The notes under the pieces were generated by a model that saw only the letters and a program-made list of their open reading frames with translations, searched no databases and was not told the DNA's origin. Of a stretch of 64,000 nt of DNA, positions 12,001-27,000 are shown in pieces. The DNA lies in contig JAUYMS010000030.1 of NCBI GenBank assembly GCA_030698625.1, positions 20,016 to 84,015 on the forward strand, given 5' to 3'. Numbering within the stretch: position 1 is the stretch's first letter; each line of letters opens with the position of its first letter. The stretch is from Candidatus Omnitrophota bacterium. GTDB lineage: Bacteria > Omnitrophota > Omnitrophia > Omnitrophales > Aquincolibacteriaceae. The translations under genes and the position numbers were made by a program.

Positions 12001-15000
12001 GGCGAGGTGCTCGGCGGGGACGGCGCCGTGGTTACCTATTACAGCAGCCACTCGAGTTACCGCGGCGTTTCTCACCTGCATTTCATCCGCAGCCGCAAGA
12101 ATCCGGACTGGGTTTATGCCTATGGCCTGGACGGCAATTTTCGCTACAGCCAGTGGCGGAACACTCCGCTCATAGCAATCAATCTGAACAAGCGAATTAG
12201 CTCATACGCTCGCGGAGAGCATATGGGCAACATCGAAGTCAAACCCAACTCTTCGGCAGACGGTATTGTGGTCCATCGCCGTAACCAGATGAACGTTGAG
12301 ACCGCTAAAGATGAAAACGGAGAGGTTCAGATTCTGGACGTGAGTTTCGACAGGCGGCGCGCGGAAGTCGTTTTCGCCGCCGAATTTCATCCTGATGGCG
12401 CCGAGTCCGAAGGGCGTCTCAACACGTTCAAAGCGCGCTTCATGGCGGATGAAGGATGGTTCGCGTATCCTTACGTGCACGGCCGCCTCAAAAAAACAAG
12501 TGTCGATGCCCAAGACGGTATTCAGTTCAGCCGGCGGAATGGGAGTTCCACGAGCAAGATTTCGCGTGAAGCACTGGCCGGTAAGGGTGTTCTTATCGCG
12601 CAATATAAATATACAAAGGCCGAATCCGAAGAGCTTGTTTACTATCATCTGATGTTAGACCCCGAGAATTCGAAGAGGCTTTATATCTATGAACTGGACG
12701 GAGACGGGCGGGCCGTGCCGGCCGACCCGGAGCCGCTTGCGATACTGAACCTGTCGGACTCGCAGTTTGAATGGAGTAATAAGCACAGTAACTTGTCGGT
12801 AGGAGCAAATTACGGCGAGCCTGGGTTTCTCCTTAGTGTTAATCACAACAAGGGACCCTTCGGTGAAGTGTACCGCGCCGAATTCATCGCCGATCCGCCG
12901 GCAGAAAGAAGTGTAAGCGAAACTTATCCGGCTTACCCGTTTGCCGAAGGTGCGTTTAGGACTCTTGCGACCGGCGAAGGCATGACCCGGGGGCATAGCG
13001 ATGTCTTCCAGACTGCAGAGATTGACCGAAGCGTTCTTGCCGCCGAGGGTGTGGTCGCGACCCACTACGTGCCATACGGACCTCACCGCGGAGTTTCACA
13101 TCTTCATATTTTCCAGGACCGCAGCAACCCCGATCTCATCTATGTGTATGGCTTGGATGAAAAATTCCATTATGGCCAGTGGAGGTCAGGCCCGCTGGCA
13201 GTTCTTAACCTGGCCGATCCCGCCCTGAATGTGGGCGAGGGCGTGCGCCGCGGGAATGTCTGGGTGCAGAAGTCAGCTGACAAGAACAAGGTTCTGATCA
13301 CCCATAAAAATCCGCGCTACCCTAGGCGGCCCGACCGCGATGAAGGAATCTACCGGGTTCAATATGTCTCGCGGGAGCAGGCGAAGTATCCCTATGCCGG
13401 AGGACGTCTCGTAAGACCTGCCGGAAATGAGGCGACTGCCGGAATCACCTTCGGCCTTAAAGCGGCCAAAGGCTCGGCGGCCTATGAATTGAGTCCGGAG
13501 TCGCTGAGCGGCACGGGTGTGTTGGTGGCAGAATACGTGCGCAGCCCGAGCTGGTCACAGGAAATTTTCCATCATCATCTATTCCTGGATCCTCTTGATC
13601 CTCGAAAGCTTCTTCTCTATCGCCTCGACGAAGAGGGCCGCGCGACCGGTGAGCATCAAACGCCAGTCACGGTCCTGGACCTGGATGAAGAGTTCCGCTG
13701 GTCGACCGGTACCTTTATCCTCATGAATGATAAGAACGGAAAGGGATTGTCTCTAACCCGTCGCAAGGGTCCGTTCGATAAGGTTCACCGCGCTCGCTTT
13801 GTGCCGGACGGCGGAGAGGCAGTACCGGACAAGGCGCTTGAGAGATCAAATCTCGTTCGCAACGGTGTCTTCAAGCGCCTAACGCAATTGAGGAGATTTA
13901 AGTTCGGGGAATTTACGGATCATGCGGCATCGTCGAAGTTCCGATGGACGGCCAGCGTAGGCCGTCCTCAATTGGATGCCGGGCAGGCCCTGTTGGTACT
14001 TGAGAGCAAACTGGGGTCGGAACGAACATCTCTGGTTGCGGTGAGGCACTCGTCCCGGGTAGGGGTGGTTCAGATTTACCGGCTTGGGAATGACGATCGC
14101 ATTGTTGATGCCCGGGCCCAATTGGTAACCGAACTGAATGCCGAAGAGTCCGAGAGCTTGGGGCTGTTCACCTTTACAGTTAAATCGAACGGCGCGGTTG
14201 AGGTCAGCAAGGCCGACGGACGCGTCGTTGCCTACTCCGCAGAATTTATTCCGGGCGAATCGGCTGCGAGCGGCGATGACCGCCTGCTTGAAGAGGCCCT
14301 CACTTATGTCGGAGGCCACTACCCCGATTACGACTACCTTTTCGGCGTGTTCTCTTACGACGATCTCGAATGGCCCTCGGCTTTTAAGCCCTTCTTCGAA
14401 ATCCTTAAGAACCCTGATGCCTCTGCCCAAGCCAAAGAATTCGTGCGGCGTATCTTTTTAGCGCGCGCGCCTTCGCTCTATGAGGCGATTGTGAGCGGCG
14501 AAATTTTGGGGATGGATGAAGACGAATTACTCAAGATATTTAAGCAGGAAGAAGCGCTCTGGGATTTTCAGCAGAAATTCGACGGAAAGGGCGGAGAGAT
14601 TCATACGGCTTATTACGCGATTGAGGAGGCGCAAAAGGAGAAAGGGCTTGAAGGCGTTGAGATTTCGGCGGTGCGCATGGCGGGATTGCTCGCCGATAGC
14701 GAGCCGCTTGTCCCGCGCGGGCCTTCGGCCGGATTCAGCACGGCCACCCAAGCGGCCCTTAAGAACGACTTCTTCGATCGCTACGGGGCCCTGTTTGACG
14801 GGTTAGAACGCAAAGACCTCTATATCGATTATGAATTTGACGTCCCGGCTTACGAGAATCTTAAAATCGCACGCATCATCATGCGGCGCGGAATAGACGG
14901 TCCCGAACTGGCGCATCTCGGCACGGGGCGTACCTTCGACAATGTCCAAGGGGTATGGCATCTGAATCATGAGCTCGTTAAGGCGTCGGTGCCCGGGGAG

Positions 15001-18000
15001 TATATTTTCTTCCGGTCCGAAGAACCCCTTGAGGGCGAGCGTGCACCGGACGGCCGGGACCTGATCCTGCCGCTTGCGGCATTCAGACAAACGGTGGGCG
15101 AGGAAGAGAAAATTACCGGCGGTGTCTTTATCATCGGAGACCGGTTCGGCTCAATTCCTCACGGTGATGCCATTGCCGTGCAACACCCGGATCACCCGCA
15201 TCTGATTTTTATTTTCAATAATCTCGGCAGAGAAGGGAACATTATCGACGAGTCTTACCGTCAGCCTCAGCCGGCAGCGATCCTTGATCTACTCGACCCG
15301 CAACCGGTCGAGGTCGAAGGGACCCGATACAGCGTGACTCCCGACGGCCGCATCCGGATCGGGAATGCCAATCTGGATAAAAGAGGCTCCGCATCAGTTT
15401 TTGGCCTGGTCGGGGGCTCACTCGTGTGGTCATCGAAGCCCGGGCAGAATGAGGCGACAGGGGCATCCGACGATATAGAAGTGCCTCTGGATCCGCAGAC
15501 GACAGCGCTTAGAGAATTGCTCGGAGGCGATCTGCTTCACAAGATATTGCGGCCGGATTACAAAGGAGCGGACATCCGCCAAGCCGTCAGGAAACTCAAA
15601 AAGGATAAATTCTGGTGGCCGTTCGACCAAAACGCTTCGCCGTATGCACGCCTTGTCACCGAACGCATTTATGCCGCGACGGTTCCCGCGCTCGCGGACC
15701 GCGTTCTGTCAGGTGATCTTGATAAAGAGACTTACAATGCGGAACTTGACAGGGATCTCGGCGGCAAAGACTTCTCCAGGCTTCGCAGGATGTCGATGCG
15801 GGACAATGACGGCAAGGCGCGGGAATTGAGCCGTCCGGATAAGGAATGGCTGATCGCAGATTTCTTTAGCAGACACGCTGATGCTTTGGACGAGGACCTC
15901 GGGCCCGAAGCCCTTGATCTCCGGATTAAAGAGACCGATAGCGAAACAGATTTCCTTATTGTGAGACGGTATAAGGTGCAGGGTGAAACGGAAGCCCTGG
16001 CGCGGCTCGGCACCGGGTTCGAATTCGGCAACTTGCAGGGCCGGTGGTATATAGAAGGCGGCGCCCTTCGGGGAGCCTTCAAGACAGGGAAGCACTTTGG
16101 TTCCATCGGTGACGGTGCGACAACCGTAACCCTAGAGCCCTCGGTCCTGGATACCGGCGGCGTCTACCTTGACAGTGCCCATCATGATGTCAGCCGGGGT
16201 TTTGTATTGCCCGTTGTCTTGAGGCGCGACATAAACAGGCCCACACTGGTGCACGCCTACATGCTGAGTCCGCAGGGAAGTTATGGCGGTATCAAGTCGG
16301 GTTGGGAATATTCGCTGGCGGATATCGATCTCACAAAAACGGGCTCGGAATACAGGGTCGAAGAAACTCGCATCACCGTTCTTGCCGGCGGGCGGCTCCA
16401 GATTTCACTCACCGAAAAGAGCAATCTCAGTCACGGTGTCTATGCCGCGGAATTTTCTCCGGTGCGTCGTGAATCAAACGCACCGGATTTGGCTGTCGTC
16501 CACGATATTATTGCCGCCTACGGGCTTCATCGCTACCTCGGATCCGATCAATTCGGTTCCTGGGCGCGGCCGCATATATTGCATGGCGGGCTTGATGCGA
16601 AACGTTGGCATGACAGTTTCAAGCCGCTGCTCGGGATCGTCAATAACGCCGAAGCCGACCCCGAAGCCCGCAGGCTGGCGCAAAGAGTCCTGGTGGCCCT
16701 CACGCCGCGCCTGCGTGATCGCATTTATCCCGATGGGGCTGCAGAACAGGCAGCGCTGAATGTTCCGGCGGCGACAGAGCTAACCAAGGACGATATCTTC
16801 AATTGGGCTCAGGGCAAAGCCGATCCTGCAGTTGGAGCGACCCTGGTCATGCCCGTTACTTATTATGACGAAAAGAAGGGCGGGGCCGACGTCATTCCGC
16901 GGGCCCGCGTCGAGGTAAAATCGGCCGGTACGGGCAAGAGTTTCGCCGTCCCCATCGACGATCTCAGATTGAAACGGAAAGAATTGAAGAATGCCACTTT
17001 AGCCGTGATCGAAGACGCGAACCTCGGCAAGGTGCTCGCCATTTTTGCGCCGGACGATTACGAGTCCTGGCGATTCGGAAATTACACGGTCACCCCTCTG
17101 GCAGTTTTTCCGGTGACGGCAAAACACAACGGTTTCCGGCAGCTGGCCGTACCTTTTCTCGTGGATATCGATAAGCTCAGCCGCGGGGAACTCGAGGAAG
17201 TGCGCGTGCCCGGTCATCCCTGGAGCTATATTAAGACTGCGGCCCGTGTGGAACCGCCTTCCGGCAAGATGGAGTCAACCACGGCGAGAATCATCTTGAA
17301 GTCGACCGCATTTGGGGTCCTTGTCCAGATGGGATTTACGCCGACCGCCGCGGACCTCGAAAAGATCGATCTCGAGAGCGGTGAGCGAAACATGGACGTT
17401 TATGTGGTGATCAGGCAGCATCCCAACCGCGGGCCCATGGTACAAGTCTTTCGTTTGAAGGATTATGATCCCGCGAAGCCCGCTGAATACGGCGAGCCGA
17501 TCGTGACCTATGCGTACGTCGACGAGAAATGGACTCAGATTATCCCCGCAGTGAATGACATCATTGATGCCGCCTATGGCCGTAAGGACTTGGTCGAAAC
17601 CGCGGATGCCTTCGAACAAAAGGTCGCGATCAATCAGGATGGTCGCAGGGCCTCGATTACCATCACGACCGGAACGCACGGTAAGAACAAAAAAGCATTC
17701 TCCTTTACCTTCTCAAAAGAGGAAATAGATGAATTTAAGCTGGCAGAGAATCCGGCAATCGTCCGCCTCAAGGTCGATCGCGATTACGGCCCCTATATCG
17801 CCGTCTCGGCCAGGGTGAACGGGGAAGAGCGTTTGATCGGTAATAGTGTCGAGGTCAAGAATGAGGCGCAGAAAACACGTCGCGTCGATTTTGACAAGGA
17901 GGCCTTCGCCGACTTCCTTAATAGTGCAAACAATATTCACGGTGAACCCATCGCGCCGCGAATTTATACCCATGCCCATGAATTAACGGAACAAAACAGG

Positions 18001-21000
18001 TACATGGTGGATGTCCTGAACCGCGCCCAGGTCCGCAGTCTGGACGAACATGGGATTAAGCGGCCGGTCTTTATTCCCAGGCCGGATGCGAAGTACGGAT
18101 GGGTCTTTGAGACGCATGATGTGGATACGTACAACAAAGACCCCGGCAAGAAACCGGAAGTCGTTTTAGCACGGCGGCCGGGCCATACAACATTGATGAA
18201 AGTTAACAGAGTGAGTGCTCCTGCTGAGCCCGAAGCGAAGCGGGATACAGAGGGCTCCATTCTCGATGAAGCCACGCTTCTTTCAGAGCTCATGAGCGAA
18301 TCCCACCTGCAGATGTTTCACGAGCAGGACGCCATGTATTGGAACCGGAATTATGGTGAAGCCGAAGACATCGCGCGCTGGGCAGAACGTGCCGGCGAAT
18401 GGAAAGACCGGTGGATTCACAGTGACCCGGTCCGCGAGGCGTCGCTGCAGGCCAGTATCTACGGCAAGCTCAAATTAAGTTCGGATAGCCAGAAACTTTT
18501 GATTCGGGATTTTCTTGATAAACACGGGGATCAATTTGCAATCCCGCTCGGTGCGCAGGACCTCTGGATCCGCATCTTTGCCTTCGACAAGCATTATCCC
18601 GATGGGGAGGTTCGTCAGGCCTCCCGTATTGCCGTGGCGCATAAGGACACCGGCCGAATCCTGGCGACGCTCGGGAATTTCCACGAACCCGGCGACCTGC
18701 AGGGGTATTGGCGGCTTGAGCCGTGGAGCAACCCGCCGGTGCCCGCGGAGCGATTTAAACAGCACGGCTTCAAGGAACGCGACTATGTGCGAGACGCCGA
18801 CGGCACAGTCAGAATGCCGCACATCAATGTCCCGGCCTTACTCGCGACAAGGGTTGCCAATGAACAGCCGGGCGTCACCAGCGGTTGGATGCTGACGCGG
18901 CGTCAGAGGGATTCAAAACACGTTCTCATCGCGAAGGGAAGGAGCCATGAGCCCGGCGAGATATTAGGTGTGCTCGATCTCACCCGGCCCGGTTCGTCGG
19001 TGACGCTGGATCATGCGACCTTTACCGTGGAGTCCAATGAAAAAGTCGCCGTCGTGCAGGCGCCTGATCCCGCCCTTGCTGCCATAGCCACGGTGCTCGG
19101 AAGTGTCAAGGTCAAGGGCTCGTCGACGCTTTCCGAAGGCTCTGCTACCGTGCGTTATGTCACGGACGAATACGGCGCCCGGCGGTTTCGACACGCATTC
19201 TATGACCAGCGCGGCAGCGCAACGGATCAAAGTGACTGGGACCGGATCCATGAACCCTTAGTCCGCGTTCTTGAGGATCCGGCTGCGTCCGAAACGGCCA
19301 AACGCGTTGTCCTGCGAATCTACCTTGCGCTTGTGCCGGATCTCCGGGAAATGATGGAGTCCGGAACGATCGATCGCGCGCGCTTGCGCGAGGAACTCCG
19401 CAATGAGCACAAGATCTGGGAGCATATCGAAGCGAAAATCGAACGCGGTCACGCCAAAGCCCGAGGGGAACATAATTATCCGAAGGATTTTGGGCCGGGA
19501 TTCAAAGCAAAACGAATCCCCGCAGGCGTTTCGATCCGGCGTCTGACGCCCGTTAAGTGGGCGGCGATGCTCGCGAACGAATATAAAATCGAAGAGCTTG
19601 AAACGGGCGACGAGGAGCTCCTCAAGAAAGATTTCCTGACTCGGCACGGCACGGATTTTGGAGATGTTCTCGACAGCGGCGATACCAAGATTCGCATGAG
19701 ATTTTCAGGGGTGGAAGTTGTGTTGGCAGAGGCAGAGGAGACCGTCATTGCAACATTGGGAGACGGCTATCATCCGAAGGAACTTCGGGGTACCTGGTCT
19801 ATTGACAATGAATTTAAGTTTGATGCCAGTCTGCATCAACTAAAGAAGATCCTCTATAAGGGGGCCATGGTGCGCATGGAAGACGAGATCTGGAATCGCG
19901 AGATTTTCGGCGAGATCGTTCGCGGGGATCTCTACGTCTTAGCCGGCAAGGCGAAATGGGAGACGGTGCATGAGCCCATGCTGGAAATACTCCGGGACGA
20001 AAAGGCATCGGCCGAAACCAGGCGTGTCATCAAATTGATTTATCTGGCGATCACACCTTCTCTTCACGCCGAGATCCTCGGCGGGGAACTGTGGAATCAT
20101 AAAGCGGCGATTCAAAATGAACTGGAGAAGGAAGTAGAACGGGCGGGGCAGGAGTATCGGGCAGCGAAGGCGGAGCAGGAGTTCCCCGACATGACCCTAA
20201 CGCGGCAGGCTTCGGCCTATGCCAGAGTCGGCCAGAATAGAATTTTTGTGGGCGCGGATGAAGAAGCGTTGATCGATGACTTCTGGCAGCAGCATAGCAG
20301 TGACCTCCCTCCCTGGTTTGAGAGGGAAAGGCTGAAGCTGATTGCGACACAAATCCATATAGATAAGATTCATGAGCTCATGCCTCATGGCGAGAGGCTT
20401 TATGTCACGATTGCTCATACCGCCGATGACGGTAAGCAGACAACCCTCGCACGGTTGGGCACGAGTTTTGCGCCCAATAATCTGGTGGGGCAGTGGAGCA
20501 TCTTGTGGGAAAACATTGTAATGCCGGCGCTCTCGCGCGAAGCTCTTAATTTTGAGGACTACAAACAACTCGGTATGGGCAGCGACCGCGCAGAGATTAT
20601 TGTTGATGCACAAACGCTGCTGCAAAGTGGTGGTTTGTTTATAGACCGGTCTTCTCAAAGCGAAAGATACCGCAATCTCGCCTTAATGCCTGGGCCTTCG
20701 AGTAAAAACGTACTGCTTGTTATCGCCGTTGACGATAAAGCGCCCGATGGAGATCAGCTGCCATTAGGCACGCTGCGTCTCGACCAGCCGGGCTTTAGCC
20801 GGGTCGAGAGGAATGAGACGCAGTTCGAAGTGCTCGAAAACGGTCAAGTCGTCGTCAGACCCGGGGTCTTTGATGGTTCCATCCCCGAGGGCTATATCCG
20901 GCACAATCCGGTCTATCAATTGGCCTCTAAAAAACGCTCCGAATTACGTTCGTCGATACAGGTCGGTAATCCCCTCTATCCCGGAAAACTCGAGATGTTC

Positions 21001-24000
21001 GGTGATGCGATTATGTTTCAATGGCCGGCCGAAGGCAGTGAAGACGACGCGCTTGTCCTGATGGGAGGGAAACATAGGGAGGATCAACTGATTTTGAACG
21101 GCGTGCTGATACGGCCCGGGACGAAGATCCAGGAAATGCAGGGGACTATGGCTCTTGAGCATGTCATGGGTGGTCTCGTGAAAGTAACCCGCGAGCACTA
21201 TGCGGCCAGCGAATACCCGCTCGAATTGCACAATGTTCAGAATCCTTATATTCTGGCAGTTGCCAACCAGCTGTTCGAACCAGGCACGCTCGAGATTGTA
21301 CCAGAGATGATGAGTGCCGAGGAAGTTCTTGAAAACGAAGGCCGCCCGGCGCGCTGGCGCCCGCTGGATGACATCGATTTTTACAGCGAGTTCGGACCGG
21401 TTACGGTTTATACTGACGATTTTTTGAATGCCAAAGAATTAGCGGAATTCCAGCTAACGAAAAAAGACGGCCGCTACGAAGTGACGGGGCCGGCGCCGGA
21501 GGGGATGCGCGTTCATGTCAGCGGGAACATCCTGCGCGTCACGGATCCGGCGACCAACCGCAAGATTCGCGTGCTTGCGCTTGAACGTCCGTTCAAGCTT
21601 CGTGGTAAATTGCGCGAAAGTTTCGGTCTCGCTCGCTCAGAATTAAGGGCGGATAACAACGGTCGAGTCGTTATGACAACTTCGCTTGAAGGCTTTGAGC
21701 CGGATGAAACAGCGCTCGGCGCCGAGGCAAGAGCTCACCTCAAGAGTTTTCGTAAGAGCGACGCCGTCGGCCGCGGCGATATGGCGCGGCTCTTTTTCGA
21801 CTTCCTGCTGCAGGATGAGATCGACGTTGAACTTCTCGACATCGGTTATGAAAGAGCACTAAAGCGCTATATGAAGGACAGGATTACTCCTCAGATTCGA
21901 AACGGACTCTTGATAAAAGTGCCTATCGCGGGTTTTATGGGAGATGAAGCCAGAAATCTACTGACGGCGTTGCTCATGGGCCGTGTGAGTGCGCGCGAAG
22001 TGCTCACGATCGCTATCCTTGAAGGTGTGCGTATCCCCGATGTCTTTCCCGACACCGAGGCGTTTACGGCTGAGCAGAAAGAGAAACAGCGGGACAGGGC
22101 ACAGAATTTCAGCGAGCGGTATTCGGCCCTGCTCAGCGGCAAAGAGGAGATTAGCATTTCAGTAAAGCTTCCGCCCGAAGATGAAGTGGACTCGCTTTTC
22201 GGGGAAATAAGCCGCCTCGGACGAGACCTATCTGAGATCCATATTTTTGCCGACCGTGACCTCGGAGACTTGAGGGAGTTCTGGCGGGCTTCCCGCAAAG
22301 GAACCCCGAAACCCCGTCCGTCTTATCTGACCCCGGTCGAGGCCGCCCTCATAGTTAGAATGCCGCAGCGGACTTTTGAGTCTTATCTTTATCACCTGGA
22401 ATCGCAGCAAATCGAATCGATGGACAGTTTTATTCAGAAGCACCTGGTTGCGACGGGTCATATTAAATTGTCCGATATCGAAGCGAAGCTTGATACCGCG
22501 CCGAAAGACTTGACCGAAATCATAGAGGATGCACGCAGAGGCGATGTGTTCGCTTTCTTTGACCTGATTCAGCGGCTTCACGTTCAGGTCATTGCTTTCA
22601 AGAAAATCAAGACAGGGGTGGATGTCGCGGAAAAGCAGAAGCGTGCGCTTCCGTCCCTCGCAAGGATTCTAGATAAACATATTACCGCCTTCGAGGGCTA
22701 TGATGAAAAATTCCGTGCCGGCTTCGGCCGGCTCGTCGGGTATCTCGACGAGTTGCTGGCCTTGCCGGCGCTCAAGCGGGCTGTCCTTGAGGATGCGTTT
22801 TATCGGGCGCGCATGATCGAGCTCATCGAGACATTGTTCCGCAATGATGATCTGGCCACGGCACAAGACCGTGCCCGGCTCCTGCAAGCCTTGGCGCATC
22901 TCACCACGGCCGAAGATAATACGCATATCTTCATTATGGAAGAGATGGAGCTTGAGATGCTGGGCGAAGGCCGCGAGATCGAAGGAGCGATAGACGCCTA
23001 TATCACTGCTCTTCGAGAACTCAGTGCCCGCGATCCAAAGATCTTGAGATTTCTGAAACTACGCATTCAATATCTTTCAATGAAGGAGCACAAACAGGAC
23101 GCCGGAAATGAGGATGCGGCGATTGCAGCACGGCGCCGTCGTGTTGCGAAGACGCAGCTGGATGCGTACCAAACCGTTCTCGGACGCATTGACGAGAGTT
23201 TGCTTCGCGCCGTGACACGTGACCCCGTCAAGGAGAACGCACTTGACGAGTTCCTTGCGCTGGGAGAAGGGTCCTGGAAAAAGAAAGCGACCCTTTTAGC
23301 GGAGATTCAAAAAGACCCTGAGCTGAAAAGGAGCTCAAGGGTGATTGATGAGGCGTTTGTGGGTAGGATACGCCAACAAATCGAAAAGCTCTATGCCGCC
23401 GAAGACATCAGCCAGGATCAGCGCGACGAAAAACTCCATGCCGCGGAGGCTTATCGCCGGGCATTAAAGCTCGCTGAGCCGCAGGGTGCATCTGCGGTTG
23501 CCTCAAGTGCGGTGTATTTTACGCAGGCTGAAGCAGCTGCTCACTTGGTTCTTGAGATTGAAAACGAAGTGAGGCACCTCTTTGATGAAGACCCCAACCG
23601 CAACCCGATAGAAATTTATCAGGCGGCCCGCGACGTCTATGCTGACTCAAAGGCGTTTCTCGGGAGTGAACAACGAATCTATTTCGAGACGGCCCTTGTC
23701 ATTCTGCTCAGAGAGCTCTATACGATTCAACGTCTGCGGTGGCGGACTTATGAACTTGGGCTCCTCAAGGATCTTAAAGACCTCGGTTTTTCTTCGACGT
23801 CCGGGGTCACCAATGAAGATCCCAAACAAGCCGAATTCATGCGAAATCTTCTCGGGTTCCTCCCGGGGCAGTATCAGGTCATGTTTTACCCGGGTTCGGT
23901 TGAAGTCACCATGGACGAAAGTTCCTTTAAACGCGCATGGAAACTGACGGGCAACGGTTTCGGGCGCGAAGTCGAGAACCTGAGCCAGGTTGAAATTGCT

Positions 24001-27000
24001 GTCTATAACGGAGAGGGGGCGGCCGGGTTCTATAGTGAGGGGTTTCCGCTTCGGCTCGGAGACGTGGCCTATCAGGGGATTACCAGTTTTGGGACCAACA
24101 GTTCGCTTGGAACCGGCGACTGGGTGGCGCGCCATGAACAGGGGCATTCGCTTTTCCGAAATTACCGTATCTATGATTCGTTCCTTGACCAAAGCGATTC
24201 GGGCGCAGCCTTGCTCGCTCCGTGGGTGGATAAGTGGGAGAAGGAATTTCTTGAGGGCGGCGTTCAAGACCCCGATCTTCGTGAGAAGTTAGTGCGCCTC
24301 TACGGGGACCATTTTCGCTGGTTCCAGGAGGAAATGATGATGAAGTACCTGCAGGCCGAAGACGGCCACATCATTAAACCGCAGGGGAATATCAAAAGTT
24401 GGTTCCTGAGCTATATTAATATGGAAGGATACGGAAGCGCGCGTGCCCGTTACCTCAACCGCGTGAGGGATCCGGATCTGGTGGAGAAATTTCACAATGA
24501 GATGCGGGAATTTACCAATGACAAAGAGCCGCGTATCGGCCGCATGCTGGAGCAAAGTGCGGCTGAGTATCTCGACATATACGAGGCATGGAAAGACGAA
24601 CTCCGGCCGGAAGGCTTTAGCGAACGGGATGTTATGCGCCTCGTCGGCTACTTCGGAGCGTTTCTCGGCCCGATCTTCAAGCTCCGGCGGCTCCGCAAGG
24701 CAACCGAGTGGGCCGTCGATCCGGCGCGTCGCGTTGAAGGTTCTCAGCGGTCGGAATTGCGGATGGACGGGGAAGAGGAACTGATTGAGGCGCGCGAAGC
24801 CTGGAAGAAAGCCCATGAGGCTTTAGAGGCGGCCGGTTCAACCGCCACGCTTGAACTTGGGAATTTTGCGCATATGGAAGGCTATGAGGGCTATCTGGGG
24901 GCGATGCCTAATGTGCCTGCGGAGCTTTTCGACGACATGTATCGCGGTGCTACGCTGGCCACCTTTGAGTTGAATCAGCACTCCTTTTTAAATTACCTCA
25001 CACATGTGCGCGAGGGGTATATGGGTCCGGCGCAGGGGGAGTCGACCTTCTACAAGAAGGCAATCGCATCCGTTATTCGCACCGGTGTGAAATACGGGGC
25101 AGGGGTCGATGCCGACGGGAAGCTGAATAACCCCATGTTGCGGATTATGGACGACAGCAGACCGAGCGATGTCATACAGGTCCCGTGGGGAGGACGAACG
25201 CTGCATGTGCGCGATATCGGCGGAGAACTTAAAGAGGCGGCTCCGATTACCGAACAGGAAATTCTTGCGGGCCTGGAACGCATGGACGGCATCTATCATT
25301 GGAATTTGCGCGTCAATCGACTCATCTCGTTTGACGCGCCGGGAAATACTTTCGGCCGCGCCCTTTCGGTTTACGAACCGCCCCACGAATCGATTCGCGC
25401 AGTGATTGCCGGCATTCAAAAGCAGTTTGGCGACCGGCTGCGTTCCCTGGGGCTCAGTGATGACGATATGCACTCCTTTATTGCCAACGACTACATCATT
25501 CCGTTGTTTGTAAGTATGCGTGATGTGCGTCAGCTAAAACACATTGCCGGAGAGATCCTCGAATTGATAGAGCATTCGCAGGACAAAGTGCCGGCCGAGA
25601 TGCGTATTGTCCATCTCGGCGGTATGGCGCATTATGCCTCGCTTAAGTCTCTGATCAAAGTTTTGGAGTTTGCCGGCCGAGGCACTCCGGTAACGGTGGG
25701 TAAAGCCTGGAATGATCCGCGTTATGAGGCGCATCGCCATGAAAAAGATGATACCTTGCGCGAGCGGCTCGTCACACGGCATATCAGGGAGATCTTTAAC
25801 CACGTGCACTTGGAAGACGGCGACGTGCGAATGGATGTGGACTTCTTTGTGGAGCGATTTGGGCGATTTCTGGACTCCGGCGGGTCTGCCTATGCTCAGC
25901 CATTTATGACGAGGCAGGCGCTTCTCCTTCGGCAAAAAGGTGAGCTTGAGGCCGCTGAGATGACGTTGATGCGGGCCCTTAAAATTGACCCGCGTGATCC
26001 CGGCGTGTTGATCAATCTTGGTATGGTCTATGCCGAGATGGGGCGGTCGGCAGAAGCCGCCGAAGCCTATGCAAAAGCTCTTTCGCTGGATCCGTATCTG
26101 GCTTCGGGGCATTTTAATCTTGGAAATCTCTATGCGCGGAGCGGAGACATGGCTGCCGCAATAAGCGCCTATCGCAAAGCGGTTCAGGTGCAGCCCTATT
26201 ATCTTCCGGCATGGCAGAATCTGGCTAATACCCTGGTTGCGGTCAACGACTATCCTGAAGCGATTAAGGCTTATGCTCAAGCCGTGCATCTGGCCCCGAA
26301 TGATCCGGAGTTGCTTTATAATCTGGGCATACTCAGCATCATGACAGGCCGAGTCAATGCCGCGCTGGAAATCAAAGACAGGCTCCAAACCTCTGAGCCG
26401 GAGCGCGCGGCCCAGCTTGAGCTCTATGCGCGGTCTGTCTTGCGAAGTACTGCACTCGCCGGAAAGCTCTTGGAGAAACGCGATGTTGTAAATCTGGAGC
26501 TCGGGAAATTGCGTTACGGTCAAGACGGTCGTCTGGCTGAGGGGCAAGAAGCGGACATAGGTAATTTGATCCGCGAAGGTAAGTATCTCCTCGTGCAATT
26601 TGGCGGGTATGGCAGCGATGCGCAGGCTTGGGCACGCGCAAAGCACGACCTGAAGAGTTTTGCCTATGCGCTGACCCTGGCCTTGAAAGATGAAGGAGAT
26701 CAGGCTGCCGCCGATGTGATCCGCGAAATCCTCTATAACGGTTTTGTTCACGGCAATAAACTTGCCGAGCGGCTGCCGATGTTCTTGCATCTCGAGTTGG
26801 ACGCTGAGCGCCATGATACCGTTCAAAAGATTGAAGTTGTCGATGCGGCTTCCCTCAAGCCGTTAACGACCGAGCAGATCAAGACCGGTAAAGACGAGGC
26901 CAAACTCTGGGGGGCCGAAGACGGTATCCCGGGGATCACGGCCCGGGGCTGGTCTTACGAGCGCGAGGCGATTCGCCACGAGAGTTTGGATGATGCGATC

